Source: Candidatus Saccharimonadota bacterium
Lineage (GTDB): Bacteria > Patescibacteriota > Saccharimonadia > Saccharimonadales > AWTP1-31
Assembly: GCA_052034955.1 (NCBI GenBank)
Contig: JBPOHZ010000009.1
Span: 1-58,690, forward strand
Direction of reading: 5' to 3'
DNA length: 58,690 nucleotides
In this document: positions 14,691-22,681 of the stretch, piece after piece
How the letters are laid out: every line of letters begins with the position of its first letter
How positions within the stretch are numbered: the stretch's first letter is position 1
The notes under the pieces: generated by a model
Databases searched by the model: none
Told to the model about the DNA's origin: nothing
What the model saw: only the letters and a program-made list of their open reading frames with translations
Translations under genes and position numbers: made by a program

Positions 14691-16095
14691 ATCACTGAGT
14701 AAACTTTCGGGAAATAAGCTTTGGGCTGTAAGTCTGGGGCTAGGCGGGCTTGCTCTGATTTTCTGCATACTGCTACTTTTCAGTGGTCCAAGAATCCGCC
14801 GAGTGGTTTACGATGCTGATAAATTGCCGCGAGAAGTAAACCAAACCATTGTACTAAGAAGTAATCAACCGTTAGCTAATATTGATAAAGCACAGGTTAC
14901 AATAGACCCGAAAGTAGAGTTTAACCTCACCACAAGTGGTGAGGCGGCAATTATCCAACTCAAGCAACGGCTGAGCTATGATACTAAATACAAGGTGACC
15001 ATTAAGGACTTTGCTGCAAAGTCTGGCCGTAAAGCTTCGTACGAAACTACTATCCATACCGGTAAGGCTTCATATTTTTATCTTAAGCGCAGCCAAAATA
15101 TATCCCTTGAGTCCTTATATGGTGACAAAATTCCCGACACCATATATAGCGGAAGTATAGATGACAAAGATCAAGTAGTATATCAAGCATACAAGATTTT
15201 GGAGTTCGCGCCGCTCGGAAGTCGACTAGTTATACACCACGAAGACGAGGACGAGAGACAATATCTAACAATTTATAACCCTAAAGATAAAACTGAAGAA
15301 GATGTAAATTTGCCAGAAGACAATGGCACGATAGATCAGTTACGGGTATCATCGACAAATGAGTTAGTGGGCTTCCTGTTCTCTAGCAAGTTTGATCCAA
15401 AAAAAGATAATAAGTATAACTCAACACTCTTTGCCTATGACACGGGAAGTAAATTTGTATTTCCACAATACGGTTTGGAGCGGGGCAAATTATTATCAGT
15501 CAGTTCATGGCGATTCCACCCTGACGGAACTAGTATGATCATTCAAACTTTTGATAATACGCTACTGCTAGTGGACTACTACTCCAATCAGAAACCTGTG
15601 CCGTTGGGTTCATACTTTAGTATTGGTACTTTCTCACGTGACGGAAGAAAAGTGGTAGTGGGCGACAATGACAATGGTCCGGTGATACTTGAGCTAGAAG
15701 GCCAAAAGAAAGTAGTGCCCGAGGCAGGCATAATTAACGGTATCGAATCAGATGCCTCCGAGATTATACTGCTCCAAAATAGTGATGATTATATTCTTAT
15801 CAAAGAAGCCTACAGAGAATCAGATGGCGCATACACTCGTGTTGCAGAAGTAACACGTGGGGCGCAGAAACAGGTAATATATTCCTCGAATCAAAGACAA
15901 GAGCAGCTCTTCGAGCTCAACAGCTCGCCCAATGAACAGATGGCGTCCATTGAGCTCTCGGATGTATTCAAAAACAGGAAGTTTGATGGATACGGAACAA
16001 TTTCGAGGCCAACTAATATGCGAACACGCATAGTAGATATAAATACAGGTAAAACTATTAAAGATTTCGACGGTTTTCAGCTCCACTGGTATTAA
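14680..16095 (+). CDS. secreted or membrane-anchored protein with an Ig-like N-domain and a TolB-like beta-propeller region
   Basis: The ATG at 14680 overlaps the upstream stop (ATGTTTACTAA). A signal-anchor (LWAVSLGLGGLALIFCILLLF) is followed by repetitive beta-strand-rich sequence. The ORF track start at 14533 lies inside the upstream gene. Confidence 0.55.
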   Translation: MFTKSLSKLSGNKLWAVSLGLGGLALIFCILLLFSGPRIRRVVYDADKLPREVNQTIVLRSNQPLANIDKAQVTIDPKVEFNLTTSGEAAIIQLKQRLSYDTKYKVTIKDFAAKSGRKASYETTIHTGKASYFYLKRSQNISLESLYGDKIPDTIYSGSIDDKDQVVYQAYKILEFAPLGSRLVIHHEDEDERQYLTIYNPKDKTEEDVNLPEDNGTIDQLRVSSTNELVGFLFSSKFDPKKDNKYNSTLFAYDTGSKFVFPQYGLERGKLLSVSSWRFHPDGTSMIIQTFDNTLLLVDYYSNQKPVPLGSYFSIGTFSRDGRKVVVGDNDNGPVILELEGQKKVVPEAGIINGIESDASEIILLQNSDDYILIKEAYRESDGAYTRVAEVTRGAQKQVIYSSNQRQEQLFELNSSPNEQMASIELSDVFKNRKFDGYGTISRPTNMRTRIVDINTGKTIKDFDGFQLHWY

Positions 16096-16243
16096 TCATT
16101 AACTACGCTACCAGCTAGCTACATTATAGTTCACTGACGTTACGGCATCTGTATATGGCTTCCGGTTGGCATACTTTTGAAAGAACTGATTAGATATCGA
16201 CAATTCTACAATTCGCACTACAGATGGACGAGTACTGACAGGA

Positions 16244-16624
16244 ATGCGAACTCTTAAGAGTCTAGGCACCAAAGGATCTGATGTTGAACAGGCAGAGAAT
16301 CCTTTTTTAAGGGAGGGCGCTATTTATACAGCTCGTGTTGGAGCGCCAATATTAGGAAGTCTTGCAATAAGGCGTTCTCCAGATTTGGTAGGTGGTTTTT
16401 ATCCACCGGAGTTTTATTACTATACACAAAAGGATTTGCAGGTGAATCAGACCGTACTTAATGTGACACCTGATGATGCTTTTGCAGCAGCTAAGCTTTA
16501 TGATGATTTATTCTTTCCAGAAATAGGTGAAGTTAATTTGCTAGGAATCTCCGAGGACACAGTCTCTGAAATTCGTTCATTAGAAGCACAAGCATTTGCA
16601 ACGGCTCAAGGACTTCGTAGTTAG
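16244..16624 (+). CDS. hypothetical protein
   Basis: 126-aa ORF with no recognisable motif. Confidence 0.4.
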   Translation: MRTLKSLGTKGSDVEQAENPFLREGAIYTARVGAPILGSLAIRRSPDLVGGFYPPEFYYYTQKDLQVNQTVLNVTPDDAFAAAKLYDDLFFPEIGEVNLLGISEDTVSEIRSLEAQAFATAQGLRS

Positions 16625-16784
16625 TAACTCACCCCTTTAAGATAAATTAACTTAATCCTTCGGGTAATTTGTCTGAAGATAAAAAAATATAGATTCATAA
16701 TCAAACTACGATATGTAAATTTTCTAACATCGATCTTTATGTCTCGGTGATAGAATTAGGGCATATGTAAATAGGAGACTTGTT

Positions 16785-17165
16785 ATGGCAAAATACGTAG
16801 ACGGATTTGTGCTAGTAGTACCAAAAGATAAAGAAGCAGAGTATCAAAAAATGGCCGAAGATGGTCGTGACTCCTGGATGAAACACGGCGCACTTCAGTA
16901 TTTTGAATGTCGAGGCGATGACCTTAAACAACAAGAAATGGGTGACGAGAAATCTCGTTCAATTATCGAAATGACTGGGGCTAAGGCCGAAGAGAATGTT
17001 TGGTTTTCCTTTATTGTTTTTGAATCTAGAGAGCACCGAGAGAAAGTCAATGCAGCTGTCATGAAAGAGATGGGCGAAACTTACGACGAAAACAGCGATT
17101 TTGTGTCACCTGTAGATATGACCAAGATGACTTACGGTGGATTCGAAGTAGCTGTCGAAGCCTAG
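16785..17165 (+). CDS. DUF1428-family protein
   Basis: MAKYVDGFVLVVPKDK...WFSFIVFESREHRD-like pattern ending GGFEVAV. AGGAG RBS 6 nt upstream. Confidence 0.7.
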   Translation: MAKYVDGFVLVVPKDKEAEYQKMAEDGRDSWMKHGALQYFECRGDDLKQQEMGDEKSRSIIEMTGAKAEENVWFSFIVFESREHREKVNAAVMKEMGETYDENSDFVSPVDMTKMTYGGFEVAVEA

Positions 17166-17174
17166 GATATTTAT

Positions 17175-17567
17175 ATGCAAGAGCAAAACTGGTACAGACA
17201 GTTAAATAAACCCCAGTGGGCACCAGATGAAAAAGTGTTTGGTCAGGTTTGGTCAAAGCTTTATGTAATAATTGCCGCAGTAAACATTTGGGTAGTAGTT
17301 TTGCTTATACAAAACAAGATTAGCTGGAAGGTAGCACTACCTTTTTGGGTTAACTTGTTTTTCAACGCAATATTTACACCTATTCAGTTTGGATTAAAGA
17401 ATAATCTATTAGCAACTCTAGATATTTTTATAGTTTTGGGCACCATTATTTGGGCGATGTGGTCTATCTGGCCTTATGCCTATTGGCTTGCTTTAGCCTA
17501 TATCCCCTACTTAGTTTGGGTCATTATTGCTACAGTTCTACAGATATCAATCACCATTAAAAACTAA
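17175..17567 (+). CDS. TspO/MBR-family tryptophan-rich membrane protein, short form apparently lacking TM1
   Basis: WYRQLNKPQWAPDEKVFGQVWSKLY matches the loop region of TspO that normally follows TM1. Here it is at the extreme N-terminus (130 aa). Confidence 0.65.
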   Translation: MQEQNWYRQLNKPQWAPDEKVFGQVWSKLYVIIAAVNIWVVVLLIQNKISWKVALPFWVNLFFNAIFTPIQFGLKNNLLATLDIFIVLGTIIWAMWSIWPYAYWLALAYIPYLVWVIIATVLQISITIKN

Positions 17568-17647
17568 AAGCTTAACATTTAAGTAGTAAATATCCTGCAT
17601 AGGCACTATACTCTTACAAGTAATAAAAATAACTAGAAGGATTATAA

Positions 17648-17836
17648 ATGGTTACAGGTTACAGTGTTAAGGCAAAGAAAAAAGTAGAAATCGTAGACCC
17701 AGTAATTTCGAAGACTGCACGAGGCGGATATATTGCTAAAGGAAAATGCCCAGAAACTGGCATAACTGTTTGCGCAATGATGTCTAAAGAAAATGCCGAA
17801 AAAGCAATCGAAGAAGGTGCTACTAAAGCTTACTAA
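17648..17836 (+). CDS. small basic protein (62 aa), monocistronic
   Basis: GAAGGA RBS. About 11 Lys/Arg against 7 Asp/Glu. Hairpin downstream at about 17858-17880. Confidence 0.5.
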   Translation: MVTGYSVKAKKKVEIVDPVISKTARGGYIAKGKCPETGITVCAMMSKENAEKAIEEGATKAY

Positions 17837-17881
17837 ATCAGCTTAGTGCATTATTAAAGGGGCCTGTACTGGCCTCTTTAT

Positions 17882-17890
17882 TGTTATCAT
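17882..17890 (+). promoter_or_regulatory. extended -10 element TGTTATCAT, 6 nt before ATG 17897
   Basis: TGnTAnnnT followed by aacttt and then ATG. Confidence 0.45.
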
Positions 17891-17896
17891 AACTTT

Positions 17897-18418
17897 ATGG
17901 AAGTAATATTATCGATGGCTGTTTCGCTAAATGGGATGGTCGCCCGTGAAGATGGTCAAGAGGATTGGTTGCCAGCTGCTGGCTGGGATGACTTCTTAGC
18001 TGATGTTCATAGTTTCGGTAACTTTATCATGGGACGCGAAACATATGAACTAGTAAACCAACTTTATCCTGATCATAACTTTAACGACATAACAGATTCC
18101 CTAAAGGTAATAGTTACCCGTAACAAAGACTACAAAGCGGACTCAGGGTACACCGTTGTTCATAGTCCAGAAGAAGCTTTAAAAATTGTAAAAGATAAAG
18201 GTTGTGAAACAGCACTTCTGATTGGTGGCGGTAAAATCAATAGCCATTTCTTATCCCAAGGATTGGTAGACAAAGTTTGGCTAACTTACAACCCTCACAT
18301 TCTGGGTAAGGGCAGGCCGTTCATCAGCCCTGAAGATTTAGATATTAGTTTGACTCTTCTAGAATCTAAACAATTATCACTTGGAAGAATTCAAGCACAT
18401 TACAAGGTAAATAAATGA
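17897..18418 (+). CDS. dihydrofolate reductase-family protein (RibD C-terminal domain type)
   Basis: SMAVSLNGMVA..EDW......FIMGRETYE...LIGGGKIN pattern. Confidence 0.7.
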   Translation: MEVILSMAVSLNGMVAREDGQEDWLPAAGWDDFLADVHSFGNFIMGRETYELVNQLYPDHNFNDITDSLKVIVTRNKDYKADSGYTVVHSPEEALKIVKDKGCETALLIGGGKINSHFLSQGLVDKVWLTYNPHILGKGRPFISPEDLDISLTLLESKQLSLGRIQAHYKVNK

Positions 18419-18852
18419 AAACTACTTATCAAACGACAGTTATTGGCCACGGAAATCATGCCTCAATTGAGATACCAGATATAAATCTTAAAGAAATAGG
18501 TGGCAATAAACGTGCTCCCCTCAAGATCACAGTCAATGGATATACATATCAGAGCACTGCAACGGGAGTGGATGGTAAATGCATGGTAGTTTTTCCGACA
18601 AAGGACCGTCATGCATCTGGAGCAAAAGCAGGTGATATAATATCGGTCACTTTAGAGCTAGATTCTGGCTATCGTGAAGTATCTATTCCACCTGAACTTC
18701 AAAGTGCATTAGCGACGAGTGGATTAGGTAAAATTTTCGAAGATCTAGCATACTCAAAACGAAAAGAATTTGCTCGGCAAGTCACAGATGCAAAAGCCGA
18801 AGATACTAAAAATCGACGTATTGAAAAAATTATACAAAGCATAAAGTCCTGA
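18415..18852 (+). CDS. DUF1905 / YdeI-OmpD-associated family protein
   Basis: N-terminal DUF1905-like beta domain and a C-terminal LAYSKRKEFARQVTDAKAEDTKNRRIEK motif. ATGA start-stop overlap with the upstream gene. Confidence 0.6.
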   Translation: MKTTYQTTVIGHGNHASIEIPDINLKEIGGNKRAPLKITVNGYTYQSTATGVDGKCMVVFPTKDRHASGAKAGDIISVTLELDSGYREVSIPPELQSALATSGLGKIFEDLAYSKRKEFARQVTDAKAEDTKNRRIEKIIQSIKS

Positions 18853-18864
18853 TAACATAAATCT

Positions 18865-19317
18865 ATGAGCAAGGCCGACGAACGAAACGACATAACAGTA
18901 GAAGAGTATATTCAAACTCTCCAGGACGGAACACTTCAAAGTGACGCAATAAAAATAGCAGATATGATGCAACGCATCAGTGGGCAAAAGCCTCAGCTAT
19001 ATGGCTTTGGAACAATTGGTTTTGGTGTCTACGAATATCATTACAAAAGTGGACGAAAGGGCGATGCCCATACTATCGCCTTCTACCCTCGTAAGGGGAA
19101 GATCACTGTATACATATCAGATGGTACTAATCGCTATTCTGATTTACTAGACAAACTTGGAAAACACACTATTACTGGATACTGCGTTTACATAAAACAA
19201 CTCAGCGACATTGATTTTAAGGTTCTCGAACAAATAGTTCAAAAATCTTACGACAATATTGCCGAACTATCCAAAGACGGCCCCATCGATCACATACTCT
19301 GGCAAGACGAGAAATAA
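18865..19317 (+). CDS. DUF1801 (YdhG-like) domain protein
   Basis: VEEYIQTL...IADMMQRISGQKPQLYGFGTIGFG.YEYHYKSGRKGDAHTIAFYPRKGKITVY pattern. Confidence 0.6.
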   Translation: MSKADERNDITVEEYIQTLQDGTLQSDAIKIADMMQRISGQKPQLYGFGTIGFGVYEYHYKSGRKGDAHTIAFYPRKGKITVYISDGTNRYSDLLDKLGKHTITGYCVYIKQLSDIDFKVLEQIVQKSYDNIAELSKDGPIDHILWQDEK

Positions 19318-19321
19318 TATT

Positions 19322-19330
19322 TGGTATGAT
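19322..19330 (+). promoter_or_regulatory. extended -10 element TGGTATGAT, 6 nt before ATG 19337
   Basis: TGnTAnnnT followed by tagtaa and then ATG. Confidence 0.45.
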
Positions 19331-19336
19331 TAGTAA

Positions 19337-19756
19337 ATGAATAAAACACCGATTACCGTTAGCGTGAATGTTAAATCAAGTTTAGATAAAGTTTGGGACG
19401 CCTGGACATTACCCAGGCACATAACTGGCTGGGCATTCGCCTCCGACGACTGGGAAGCTCCTAGTGCACAGAACGACCTTAGGGTAGGCGGTAAATTTGT
19501 AACGGTTATGGCAGCAAAAGATGGAAGTGCAAAGTTTGATTTCGATGGCCAATACACTGAAGTTGATGACAAAAAATTGATCGCTTACAACATGACTGAT
19601 GGTCGGAAAGTCAAAATCGAATTTACAGAAAACCCCGATGGCGTACAAATTTCAGAAACATTTGATCCAGAACAAGAGAACTCAGCAGAACAACAAAGAC
19701 AAGGTTGGCAGGCAATCCTAGAAAACTTTAAGATCTACGCTGAACGCCAGAACTAA
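19337..19756 (+). CDS. SRPBCC-superfamily protein (AHSA1/START-like)
   Basis: ITVSVNVKSSLDKVWDAWT.P..I..W......W.......DLRVGGKF...........F.F.G.Y.EV pattern and a C-terminal GWQAILENFK. Confidence 0.7.
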   Translation: MNKTPITVSVNVKSSLDKVWDAWTLPRHITGWAFASDDWEAPSAQNDLRVGGKFVTVMAAKDGSAKFDFDGQYTEVDDKKLIAYNMTDGRKVKIEFTENPDGVQISETFDPEQENSAEQQRQGWQAILENFKIYAERQN

Positions 19757-22089
19757 ATTCGGGTACCAGTAAAGATCCAAAGAAGATCTTCTTCGCTAGG
19801 TACAGGTGTGTTTCGAGCTTTCTCGGCGATAGGGTACAAGTGAGACTCGTTTAATGGCACAAATACATCTGTCCATTGACGTCGTGCAGCAGATTCTGGA
19901 GAAAACTCTACAAAATCAGCATCAGGGTTTGATCCCCAATCAGCTGTAATTAGCTTGTGCATAGACTTAGAAGCGTTGTAGCCCTGTGCATAGCCATTTC
20001 GACCTTGTACTCTGTTGGCTCGAGCTTCTGGTTCCTCGCTGAAAGATGCTCTAATTCCAGTCAATATGTTAGCTGCAGCTTCAGCCCAATGTTCAGCGGC
20101 ATTTGTTCGTGCATATTGGCTCATAAATCTACCGATTCGGGCAAAAACAGCTTCGGTTAATCTAGGGTCTGTAGTCTTAACATTTTCTACACGAGGTTCT
20201 ATTTGACCATTAACCATTTGGGTTCCACGCTTAATATCCCATTTAAGGTCAGTGTCATATGGACGTCGTAGAAGTTTTTGCCAGAAGGTACGTGTATCTT
20301 GACCACGTTCTTCAGCTGTAACTCTATCGTAGTCAGACTGAGCTTTATCGGCAAAGCGTCCGTTGGTAAAGTACACCTTATGACCCCATGCCTCACCAGT
20401 TGACATCAATTTATTCTTTTCATTATTTAGGTCTGTAAAGTGACCAGCTATCTCGTGAGCGGCAACCCATAATGGACCCATGCGATCTTGCATTTCTTCT
20501 TCTGTAGGATCTGTCGGCATGTGCATTTCTACAAGTCCAAAACTTCCATAGGCAAGTCCTAAGATGCCGCTTTCACGCTGGATATCAAGTCCAAGTCCAA
20601 CTTTCTTTGGATTCTGATGTCTGGTTCCGGCGTTTTCACTTGGGTAGATTGCGACCATGTTTAGCTCACTTCCAACACGTCCGGCTTGTAGCTGGCTAAC
20701 GTTTCGGAAAAGATCTTTAATCATTTCTTTACTTCGTTCAGTAGGTTTGTGGTCAATAAAGATGGCATTCAAGCTCTTTCGATCGCCATTGTCATCAGTG
20801 TATTCAAGCTGATATGTATCTTGGATACGATCATCTTCGCGGAACAAATCCTGATATTTACGAGCATATACCCAAGCTTCAGCTACAAGCTCATCAGTAG
20901 CTGTTTTCGCTTCTGGGTAAAGCTTTAGGAATTCTGGTTCTGGCATCTCAGCAGGTACGTCTACATACTGTTTGCGTACATACTCATACATCTTTTTTCG
21001 GAAGCGAGGAAGTGGAGGAATTGGTACTATCAAACCCGTTAGATCATAGTCGTGATTCTCGTTTGGATCACCATCGGGCTCACAGATTTCCTCGGGTTTA
21101 CCAGGGTTGACTGTTACAGTAGTAGTTTCGAAATCTATTGTGGCTTGTAAGCCTCTCTTACTTCCAATGTGCTTATCAAAAACATCTTTTACTCTTGAGT
21201 CAAGAGAATCTGGGAATATATTGTAAGTACTTAGGAAATATTCAAGACTTCCCACGCCTTCCTCGGCAATCCCATTATTTGCCTCGATAATGGCATCAGT
21301 AATTTCTTTTAGCTCTTCAGGTTTAAGAACAACTTCTTTAGCTTCAATCTTTGCGCCACTAATATCAATTCCACGTTCGGCAGCAACAGCGTTAACTGCT
21401 TGCATAAATTTCAACGCTCTAGCTGGAGCTAGTACGTCAGCGTTTTCTGGGTTTGGATGTTCGAATCCTACATTATCATCATCTCCACGGTAATCGTCGG
21501 AAGCTAAGAATACAAAAGTTAATTCTGCTTTTGTGTCCTGTGATTTAGCGTTTGCTATTGTGGCAAGTAGCTCGTCAACCTCTGCCAAATTTGGTTCAGA
21601 TGACCCAACACTTTGAAGTGAAACAAACTTCTCAACTCTTTGCTTTGTTGTTTCTTTAGTTGTAGATTCGGCTTCTCCTGGTTTGCAGACTTCGCCAATA
21701 TGGAAGTGATCTTCGATGCTATCTTTGACACCTTGAATAACTTCAATACCGTCTTCTCCTGCAGTTGCAATATCATCAATGTTGGCAATAACATTGGCAG
21801 CACCAGTTAGTACTAACGATGCAATTAGAGCATTACGAGGTGTTATTAACCAACCGTTTCGTGCTAATCCAGGTATAAGAACAGTTTCACCCTCTACCGC
21901 AACACGGTGTGCACGTCGGAAGCGACTTTGGGGACGGAATCTGTCGATCAAGAATGCTTCCATTCGTTCAGTTGATACGTAGTCTGGTTTAGGCTGTTGA
22001 TCTGGATCATTAGGCTGAACAGGCAAAGGATAGACGTTCTCGACTATCTCATGAGGGTGTTGTTCGATTGGCTGGGTTAATTCGGGCAT
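19753..22089 (-). CDS. large membrane-anchored protein with an HExxH zinc-peptidase motif (possible gluzincin)
   Basis: 778 aa. One TM segment (ALIASLVLTGAANVIANI). WVAAHEIAGHFTD, and about 120 aa further on NAAEHWAEAAANI. GGAG RBS. Promoter TTGCAT (22140-22145), 17-nt spacer, TAAACT (22117-22122). Confidence 0.6.
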   Translation of the reverse strand: MPELTQPIEQHPHEIVENVYPLPVQPNDPDQQPKPDYVSTERMEAFLIDRFRPQSRFRRAHRVAVEGETVLIPGLARNGWLITPRNALIASLVLTGAANVIANIDDIATAGEDGIEVIQGVKDSIEDHFHIGEVCKPGEAESTTKETTKQRVEKFVSLQSVGSSEPNLAEVDELLATIANAKSQDTKAELTFVFLASDDYRGDDDNVGFEHPNPENADVLAPARALKFMQAVNAVAAERGIDISGAKIEAKEVVLKPEELKEITDAIIEANNGIAEEGVGSLEYFLSTYNIFPDSLDSRVKDVFDKHIGSKRGLQATIDFETTTVTVNPGKPEEICEPDGDPNENHDYDLTGLIVPIPPLPRFRKKMYEYVRKQYVDVPAEMPEPEFLKLYPEAKTATDELVAEAWVYARKYQDLFREDDRIQDTYQLEYTDDNGDRKSLNAIFIDHKPTERSKEMIKDLFRNVSQLQAGRVGSELNMVAIYPSENAGTRHQNPKKVGLGLDIQRESGILGLAYGSFGLVEMHMPTDPTEEEMQDRMGPLWVAAHEIAGHFTDLNNEKNKLMSTGEAWGHKVYFTNGRFADKAQSDYDRVTAEERGQDTRTFWQKLLRRPYDTDLKWDIKRGTQMVNGQIEPRVENVKTTDPRLTEAVFARIGRFMSQYARTNAAEHWAEAAANILTGIRASFSEEPEARANRVQGRNGYAQGYNASKSMHKLITADWGSNPDADFVEFSPESAARRQWTDVFVPLNESHLYPIAEKARNTPVPSEEDLLWIFTGTRI

Positions 22090-22165
22090 TACATCTCCAA
22101 AAATTTATCAAGTCATAGTTTAACACAAAAGTGTAAAAAATGCAACTATATTTTGGAGATATACT

Positions 22166-22681
22166 CTAGTGAAGAAGTTTGTTTACTCTGCGTGTACTAA
22201 CGTAAAACAGTGCTAGTAAGATTATTAATCCAGCTGCAAACTCTTTGCTAAGATCAAGGATTATTAAAACTGGTATAGCTAAACCACTTACAGTAATCGG
22301 TAGTCCTATCAAATAGCCCTTTGTGAGGTGACGATTAATGTTATGCCTAGCCAATCTTAAGGCTCCACAAACGGGGATAAGAATAGCCAGTAACGATAAC
22401 CAGTTTGTATTGTAGTAGGCAGTAACTAGTACCATTGGTGCCACGCCAAATGTCACTAAATCGGCTAAAGAATCTAGCTCTGCACCAAACTTTGACTCCT
22501 GGTGAAGCCGTCGCGCTACTGCGCCGTCAATGGCGTCAAAAAAGACACCTGCAAGCAGTAGTAGGGCGGCAATTGTAAAGCGATGATGTATTGCCGAATA
22601 TATGGCCAGTAGGCCAGACACCAGATTTAATAGGGTAATGTAATCTGGAAGTTTCATTATCTTAGGAATTGATTTTTGCAA
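22166..22681 (-). CDS. pssA: CDP-alcohol phosphatidyltransferase, probably phosphatidylserine synthase
   Basis: Motif DAIDGAVARRLHQESKFGAELDSLADLV (DGx2ARx8Gx3Dx3D). It overlaps psd by 20 nt. Confidence 0.8.
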   Translation of the reverse strand: MQKSIPKIMKLPDYITLLNLVSGLLAIYSAIHHRFTIAALLLLAGVFFDAIDGAVARRLHQESKFGAELDSLADLVTFGVAPMVLVTAYYNTNWLSLLAILIPVCGALRLARHNINRHLTKGYLIGLPITVSGLAIPVLIILDLSKEFAAGLIILLALFYVSTRRVNKLLH

